A stretch of 64,000 bases of DNA from an uncultured Spirochaetales bacterium (GTDB lineage Bacteria > Spirochaetota > Spirochaetia > Sphaerochaetales > Sphaerochaetaceae). This document shows, one piece after another, positions 59,102-64,000 of this stretch. The stretch spans positions 8,685-72,684 of the forward strand of contig CASFDW010000003.1 in the NCBI GenBank assembly GCA_949293595.1. The letters are read 5' to 3'. The number at the start of each line of letters is the position of its first letter. Positions within the stretch are counted from its first letter, which is position 1. The notes under the pieces were generated by a model that saw only the letters and a list, made by a program, of their open reading frames with translations, made no database searches and was not told where the DNA came from. A program made the position numbers and the translations under genes.

Positions 59102-59571
59102 TCGACGGCAGGGTCTTCTCATTTCTCAAGGAGCGCGGGTATCTCGACCGTGTCATGGAGTTCGATGTTTCCAGCGCCACGGTGGCCCTTGCAGCCGAAG
59201 CGCTCGGTTGCGATGGGGCCCGCATCGCAAAGAGTCTGGCTTTCAGAAACGGCGATGGCGCCATGATCATAGTGCTCGCAGGTGATGCCCGGATAATGAA
59301 CGGTGGATTTAAAAGACGATTCGGATTCAAACCGTCCATGCTCGATGCGGAAGAGACGTTCAGGTTCACCGGGTTCATGCCCGGCGGGGTATGCCCGTTT
59401 GCCGTGGACCCGTCGGTTCCCGTGTATCTCGACGAGTCCCTGAAGCGGTTCGACGTGGTCTATCCCGCGGCTGGGACATCGTCCAGTGCTGTAAGGCTCA
59501 CAGTCGGAGAGCTCTTTTCCCTGTCCGGTGCCTCCGGCTGGGTTGACGTGGCAAAAGATTGGAGGATATGA
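59098..59571 (+). CDS. YbaK/EbsC family aminoacyl-tRNA deacylase-like protein
   Basis: 157 aa from the ATG at 59098, overlapping the cinA stop (ATGA), with a GGAGGA RBS. YbaK-type region KSLAFRNGDG..VLAGDARI....GGVCPF. Confidence 0.75.
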   Translation: MIDGRVFSFLKERGYLDRVMEFDVSSATVALAAEALGCDGARIAKSLAFRNGDGAMIIVLAGDARIMNGGFKRRFGFKPSMLDAEETFRFTGFMPGGVCPFAVDPSVPVYLDESLKRFDVVYPAAGTSSSAVRLTVGELFSLSGASGWVDVAKDWRI

Positions 59572-59606
59572 CCGTACTTCCGGTGTTTTCTTGCAGTTTT
59601 TTTTAA

Positions 59607-59686
59607 ATAAAGACTCCTTTTAAAAAATTTTAGTGTTTCCTTCCATCGCCAGGGTCTTCTAGAATTTTTGTAAAAGGAGTCTTTAT
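59607..59686 (+). promoter_or_regulatory. long hairpin / inverted repeat enclosing the symporter Shine-Dalgarno sequence
   Basis: Perfect 16-nt inverted repeat ATAAAGACTCCTTTTA (59607-59622) / TAAAAGGAGTCTTTAT (59671-59686). It extends to about 27 bp via AAAAATTTTAG / CTAGAATTTTT. The right arm contains AAGGAG 9 nt before the ATG at 59689. Confidence 0.6.
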
Positions 59687-59688
59687 CT

Positions 59689-61155
59689 ATGCAGGTGAAC
59701 ACAGGCGCTTTGATAATTGTCATCGGATATCTGGTGGGAATGCTGGTTATCGGTTTCATCGTTGGAAAGGTGAAAATAAAGAACAGCCGTGACTACATGA
59801 TCGCGGGGCGCAGGATGGGGCTTTTCATGGTCGCCTTCTCGCTCAGCGCCAACAATATCGGCGGTGGCTCCACGACCGGATTGGCCGGAAAGGCTTTCGA
59901 TACATGGGGAATGAGTGCGATATGGTATGTCCTTGCGGCTTCGGTCGCCATGATACCACTCGCATACTTCGCGCCAAGGATCAGGAAGACCATGGCAGTG
60001 ACCATCCCAGAGGTAATCGACAGACGTTTCGGAAAGGGCAGCTCCGTATTCTCGGCCGTGCTCAACATACTAGCACTCTTCTGCCTTACGTCCAGCCAGG
60101 TGGCGGCAAGCGGCAGCGTGGTTGCCACGCTCACCGGCATACCTCTCAACGTATGCCTGATCATCGCCGGCCTTGTCATCATCATCTACACAACGCTCGG
60201 AGGGATGATCGCCGACCAGATTTCCGATCTCGTCCAGTTCATAATCATACTCATAGGGCTTGCAATAGCAACACCGATAGTGCTCAACGCATGTGGCGGC
60301 TGGTCAGCCCTCGCCGCAAGGCTTCCCGGGGAGCAGCTCAGCTTCACCAAGATCGGCTGGGTTGTGATAATCGGTTATGTCTTCAATTATTTCTGCACGT
60401 TCCTTTCCGGACCGGAGATGATAAGCCGCTTCGAGACCGCCAAGGATGAACAGACGGCGTTCAGGGCTTCGATATTGTCGGCTGTACTCATGGCAGCCAT
60501 GGCTGTGTTCCCGACCCTGCTGGGGCTGGCAGCACTCGCACTCAGGGACCAGATTCCAGGAATCAGCAGCGCCACGGCCATGATGGCCGTCACACAGGCA
60601 TATGCGCCTACGCTGGTCACCGGTCTTGTTTCCGCCGCAATCATATCCGCGACAATGAGCAGCGCCGATTCAAACCTGCTGTGCATGTCGACGATGTTCA
60701 TCAACGACATTTATCTCAAGTATTCCAAGGTCGGCCGGAGCCTTTCCGACAGACAGACGATCTTCGCCACGCGGTGCTGCAACGTCATCTTCTGCGTGGT
60801 AGCCATGTTCATAAGCCTGTTGAACATCAACATCGTCACGATGAACACGTTCGCCTTCGCCATCCGTTGCGCCGGACCGTTCGCGGCATACGGGCTGGGG
60901 CTGGTGATCCCGCGTGCTACAAAGCATTCGGGCCAGATATCCATAATCACCGGCACGGTGGGGGTGGTTTTCTGGCAGATGCTTTCCGGCGGTGATTTCT
61001 ACCTCGGCATCCTGCCTGTCGTGTTCGGCTGCGGGGTAGGGACGCTGACGTTCATTGTCGTGAATCTTGTCGAATGGAGGATGGGGACTCCTCCCGCGCC
61101 GTCGGCATATCTGAGCGACAAGGAGGTTGCTGAGCTCATAAAGAAGGAAAGCTGA
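59689..61155 (+). CDS. sodium:solute symporter (SSS) family transporter
   Basis: 488 aa with roughly 13 TM helices and an SSS-type N-terminal region (YMIAGRRMGLFMVAFSLSANNIGGGSTTGLAGKAF). Substrate unknown. Confidence 0.85.
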   Translation: MQVNTGALIIVIGYLVGMLVIGFIVGKVKIKNSRDYMIAGRRMGLFMVAFSLSANNIGGGSTTGLAGKAFDTWGMSAIWYVLAASVAMIPLAYFAPRIRKTMAVTIPEVIDRRFGKGSSVFSAVLNILALFCLTSSQVAASGSVVATLTGIPLNVCLIIAGLVIIIYTTLGGMIADQISDLVQFIIILIGLAIATPIVLNACGGWSALAARLPGEQLSFTKIGWVVIIGYVFNYFCTFLSGPEMISRFETAKDEQTAFRASILSAVLMAAMAVFPTLLGLAALALRDQIPGISSATAMMAVTQAYAPTLVTGLVSAAIISATMSSADSNLLCMSTMFINDIYLKYSKVGRSLSDRQTIFATRCCNVIFCVVAMFISLLNINIVTMNTFAFAIRCAGPFAAYGLGLVIPRATKHSGQISIITGTVGVVFWQMLSGGDFYLGILPVVFGCGVGTLTFIVVNLVEWRMGTPPAPSAYLSDKEVAELIKKES

Positions 61156-61175
61156 TTCCTCTTTTGTTTGTTTTG

Positions 61176-61201
61176 CATCCCGCTTCTGCGGGATGTTTTT
61201 T
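61176..61201 (+). terminator. intrinsic terminator after the symporter gene
   Basis: Stem CATCCCGC/GCGGGATG with loop TTCT, followed by T6. Confidence 0.85.
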
Positions 61202-61270
61202 GACGTTGTTGCAATGATTATTTTTCTTTACAATCCGAAGAATCTGTGATAATACGGAATTAAAGGCATA

Positions 61271-61283
61271 GGTAAACGTTTGC
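61271..61283. promoter_or_regulatory. LacI-family operator candidate O1
   Basis: GGTAAACGTTTGC: a near-palindrome centred on CG with core AAACGTTT. Identical to the second copy 34 bp downstream. Confidence 0.55.
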
Positions 61284-61304
61284 TTATATTTTTTTACCTT
61301 GTTC

Positions 61305-61317
61305 GGTAAACGTTTGC
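61305..61317. promoter_or_regulatory. LacI-family operator candidate O2
   Basis: Identical 13-mer GGTAAACGTTTGC, 10 nt upstream of the AGGAGG RBS of the LacI-family gene. Confidence 0.55.
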
Positions 61318-61339
61318 CTATACTTTAGGAGGATGTCCG

Positions 61340-62386
61340 TTGGCAAATTTCACAACCTTGAAGGATGTTGCGGCAAGGGCCGGTACGACTGCGGCGACCG
61401 TGTCTTACATCCTCAACGACAAGAAGGGCAGGTATGTCAGCCCCGAGATGCGGGACAAGGTGCTCGCCGCCGCAAAGGAACTGAACTACATCAAATGTGC
61501 CGGAGCCTCGTCGCTGAAAGGCAAGCATACCAAGCTTGTGGCCATTCTTGTGCCCCAGTTCGAGAACCAGTTCTTCACAAGGATAATATCGGCAGCCGAG
61601 AGTGTTTTCGTTTCCCACGGATATGATCTGATCATCACGAACACCTTCGACAACCCCGTAAGGGAGAAGGATATCCTGTACAGGATGGTGAGACAGAGGG
61701 TTGACGGAATCATAATCACCCCGACGGTCAAGGGGTTCGAGAATACGGAGAACATCAGGCAGGCCGGAATGAACCTGGTGGTCGTCGACAGGCCGCTTTC
61801 CGGAGCGGACGACTACAACTGGGTCACGACGAAGAACTACGAGTGCGGCTACAAGGGGGCCGAATATCTCATAGAAAAGGGGCACCGCAAAATCGGCTAT
61901 GTCGGATGGAACTCCGGAATCAGCGATCTGGATGCGAGGGCCATGGCCGTGCTGGATGCGTTTTTTGACCATGGTATCGACAAGGCCGGATGCCATATCA
62001 TCAACGGCGGGTTCTCGGCCGACGAGGGCCGCAGGATGACCAGGGAGATTCTTGAGCAGCATCCGGATATAACCGCCTTGTTCTACGGCTTCAACATGCA
62101 GGCTGTCGGTGGTGTCGATTATCTGTGCAAAAGCGGCATAGCAATACCTGAGAAGTTGTCGGTGGCCCTCATCGGAAGTCCTGAATGGGCTTATGTCGGC
62201 TATAACGGTTTCACGCATGTCGACATGGACGAATACAATCTGGGCATCGCCGCCGCACAGCGGATGATGGATTTGATAAACGGGAAGGAAATTTCCCCTG
62301 AAAAGCTGCATATCAGGCAGGACTGCTTCCTTGTCGAAGCTGCTTCTGTCAAGGATATAAATCAGGAAAGAGGAGGAATCATATGA
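61340..62386 (+). CDS. LacI family transcriptional regulator
   Basis: 348 aa with the N-terminal HTH TLKDVAARAGTTAATVSYILND and a periplasmic-binding-protein-like sugar-binding core. TTG start 7 nt after AGGAGG. Confidence 0.9.
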   Translation: MANFTTLKDVAARAGTTAATVSYILNDKKGRYVSPEMRDKVLAAAKELNYIKCAGASSLKGKHTKLVAILVPQFENQFFTRIISAAESVFVSHGYDLIITNTFDNPVREKDILYRMVRQRVDGIIITPTVKGFENTENIRQAGMNLVVVDRPLSGADDYNWVTTKNYECGYKGAEYLIEKGHRKIGYVGWNSGISDLDARAMAVLDAFFDHGIDKAGCHIINGGFSADEGRRMTREILEQHPDITALFYGFNMQAVGGVDYLCKSGIAIPEKLSVALIGSPEWAYVGYNGFTHVDMDEYNLGIAAAQRMMDLINGKEISPEKLHIRQDCFLVEAASVKDINQERGGII

Positions 62387-63402
62387 AAAAGATTCTAACT
62401 GTGATGACGGTTCTTGTTATCGCATCCGCTCTCTGTTTCGCCCAAGGCGGTACGGACGCGGCAAATTATCCTAACAAGAATATTAACCTGACCGTTCCTT
62501 ACGGAGCGGGTGGAACCACCGATCTGACAGCAAGGGCGATCGCAAACGGCATGGGCCAGTATCTCGGGGTCACGATCAATGTCGTGAACACGGCAGGAGC
62601 CGGAGGCTCAGCTGGAACGCTCAACGTTCAGAACGCACCTGTGGATGGCTATTCCTTACTCGCAAACGGAATGCTCTCCTTCTCCACAATGCCTATAAAT
62701 GGTTATACCGACAAGACCTTCAGGGATTGGGATATCTGGATTGCCACGTACGCCCCGAACGTTGTGATCGTTCCAAAAGATAGTCCTTATAATACCATCG
62801 AAGACCTCGTGACTGCAATACAGCAGAATCCCGGCCAGATTACCGCAGGTACTGCTGGAATAGGATCCGGCGGTCACTTCGGTGCCGAAATCATCAAGAT
62901 GGCTGCAGGTGCCGATTACAAGCACATCACGTATTCCGGCGGCGGCCCGGCTCTCACGGCGTTGCTCTCCGGAGAGATCGACTTCCTCCCGCAGCTTCTT
63001 GCCGAATACAAGGATCTCATCATCGCCGGCGAGGTCAAGGCGCTCTGCTCGCTTTCCTCCGAGGCCTTGGAGATCGCACCCGGAGTGGTGATTCCGTCCA
63101 TAGCCGAGTCGTATCCTGCTGTCGCCGATTACCTGCCGATGGGCGAGGTGACTGGCATACTGGTTCCGAAGGGACTTCCTGAAGAAATCCTTTCCAAGCT
63201 CGATGAGGCGTTTGCATTCGCAGTTGAACAGGATCAGTTCCTCGACCTCTGCAGCTCGAAGGGCTTCGAGGTGATCGCCATGGACAGGGCTGAATCCGCC
63301 GCCTACATGGAGGATTTCGCAAGCAAGGCATGCTGGATCATGTATGATGCCGGCGCCGTGACCATCAGTCCTGAAGAATTCGGTATTGAAAGACTGGATT
63401 GA
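62383..63402 (+). CDS. tctC: tripartite tricarboxylate transporter substrate-binding protein (TctC/Bug family)
   Basis: 339 aa with a signal peptide (MKKILTVMTVLVIASALCFAQ) and the TctC-type motif VPYGAGGTTDLTARA. ATGA overlap with the LacI gene. Confidence 0.8.
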   Translation: MKKILTVMTVLVIASALCFAQGGTDAANYPNKNINLTVPYGAGGTTDLTARAIANGMGQYLGVTINVVNTAGAGGSAGTLNVQNAPVDGYSLLANGMLSFSTMPINGYTDKTFRDWDIWIATYAPNVVIVPKDSPYNTIEDLVTAIQQNPGQITAGTAGIGSGGHFGAEIIKMAAGADYKHITYSGGGPALTALLSGEIDFLPQLLAEYKDLIIAGEVKALCSLSSEALEIAPGVVIPSIAESYPAVADYLPMGEVTGILVPKGLPEEILSKLDEAFAFAVEQDQFLDLCSSKGFEVIAMDRAESAAYMEDFASKACWIMYDAGAVTISPEEFGIERLD

Positions 63403-63422
63403 ATTTTCTCTCAAATCATGTT

Positions 63423-63464
63423 TTCCACCCCTTGCATCCCTCCCCTGTAGGAACGGGGGTGGAA
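63423..63464 (+). other. intercistronic stem-loop between tctC and tctB
   Basis: 10-bp stem TTCCACCCCT/GGGGGTGGAA with a 22-nt loop. No U tract follows. Confidence 0.5.
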
Positions 63465-63495
63465 GACACATATCTACGTTTTCTGGTGGTTTTCA

Positions 63496-63990
63496 ATGGA
63501 AAAAAAATGTAAGGATTTTGTTTTTTCCGTCGTTTTGACGGTTTTGGGAATATATGTGACTGTCGAAGGATACAGGATCTACGCATATGCTGCGAAACCT
63601 CCGTACAGGATCGAGCAGCTGTCGATATCCCCGGGCTTCCTCCCGATAATCCTCGGTGTCCTGTTGTTCGTGCTCAGCCTCGTCATGATGGTCAAAAGCC
63701 TGCAGGACGGAGGAATCAGGACAAGGATCGCCGAATTGAAGTCGTGGGCGGGACCCACGTTCAGGAACAAGAATGTGCACAGCATGGCGATCGGAATCGT
63801 CATAATGGCGGTCTATACATATCTGCTGATGGGATTTCTTCCTTTCTGGGCTTCCACGTTCATTTTCCTTGCCGGTCTGATGTTCTATCTCCGGGCTGGC
63901 AAATGGTGGAAGATAATAGCGGTTTCCGCAGGTTCCATCATCCTTGTGATCCTTTTATTCGAAGTCTGCTTCAACGCAGCTCTGCCTTAA
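63496..63990 (+). CDS. tctB: tripartite tricarboxylate transporter small membrane subunit (TctB-like)
   Basis: 164 aa with four predicted TM helices, directly downstream of tctC. The large TctA subunit would lie beyond the window end. Confidence 0.6.
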   Translation: MEKKCKDFVFSVVLTVLGIYVTVEGYRIYAYAAKPPYRIEQLSISPGFLPIILGVLLFVLSLVMMVKSLQDGGIRTRIAELKSWAGPTFRNKNVHSMAIGIVIMAVYTYLLMGFLPFWASTFIFLAGLMFYLRAGKWWKIIAVSAGSIILVILLFEVCFNAALP

Positions 63991-64000
63991 GGAGTGTTAT

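Noticed and set aside
61333-61626. 97-aa ORF starting at an ATG immediately after the AGGAGG upstream of the LacI gene.
   Set aside because: There is zero spacing between the SD and the ATG, and the translation is Cys/Gly/Arg-rich nonsense. The TTG at 61340 (7-nt spacing) opens the frame that encodes a textbook LacI HTH.
1-64000. Search for CRISPR arrays, transposases, integrases, prophage genes, toxin-antitoxin pairs, restriction-modification or other defence-like gene clusters, including next to the two tRNA genes.
   Set aside because: No direct-repeat/spacer arrays and no recombinase-, nuclease-, or ATPase-type orphan genes were seen. Every ORF longer than about 110 aa that is not antisense noise is assignable to a housekeeping family, apart from the coiled-coil protein and the 114-aa orphan. 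The tRNA genes are embedded in the conserved rpmG-secE context, not at an island border.

Overview
This 64-kb chromosomal window is ordinary core genome. I found no convincing novel multi-gene system.

**Main content (10.97-38.65 kb).** One co-directional translation/transcription supercluster dominates: tRNA-Thr, rpmG, tRNA-Trp, secE, nusG, rplK-rplA-rplJ-rplL, rpoB, rpoC, rpsL, rpsG, a 1.1-kb insert, tuf, then the complete S10-spc-alpha ribosomal protein block ending at rplQ.

**Left flank.**
- a 5'-truncated aldose-epimerase-like gene
- rmuC and argF
- a desulfoferrodoxin gene and a TetR regulator
- clpB
- a frameshifted MobA-like gene
- a DUF554 membrane protein
- glgP

**Right flank.**
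- rny and ymdB
- a GerMN-domain protein
- ptsI, der and a HAD hydrolase
- a 548-aa membrane-anchored coiled-coil protein
- grpE-dnaK-dnaJ
- rlmB, purD, a dus gene and a PSP1/RicT-like gene
- rpsT and an HU/Hbb-like gene
- lnt, cinA and a YbaK-like deacylase
- a sodium:solute symporter
- a LacI regulator with tctC and tctB; tctA is presumably beyond the edge

**Likely source.** A spirochaete (Sphaerochaeta/Treponema-like) is an inference from gene order as I remember it:
- no fusA after rpsG
- tuf fused to the S10 operon
- secY-rpmJ-rpsM-rpsK-rpoA-rplQ without adk/map/infA/rpsD
- rpsT next to an HU-like gene

**What is absent.** By eye I saw no CRISPR array, transposase, integrase, phage gene or defence-like gene.

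**Items worth a second look (all small-scale).**
- A 485-nt gene-free region upstream of tuf with helically phased T-tracts, a consensus -35 hexamer, and an unexplained structured leader ending in a U8 tract.
- A 27-bp hairpin, with a perfect 16-nt inverted-repeat core, that buries the ribosome-binding site of the symporter gene.
- Two identical LacI-type operators in front of the lacI-tctCB unit.
- Fur/PerR-like boxes in the dfx/tetR divergent region, and ARG-box-like repeats before argF.
- An EzrA-like-architecture coiled-coil protein sitting where hrcA usually precedes grpE.
- A frameshifted MobA-like gene overlapping the clpB 3' end.

All functional readings of non-coding elements are inference from sequence alone.
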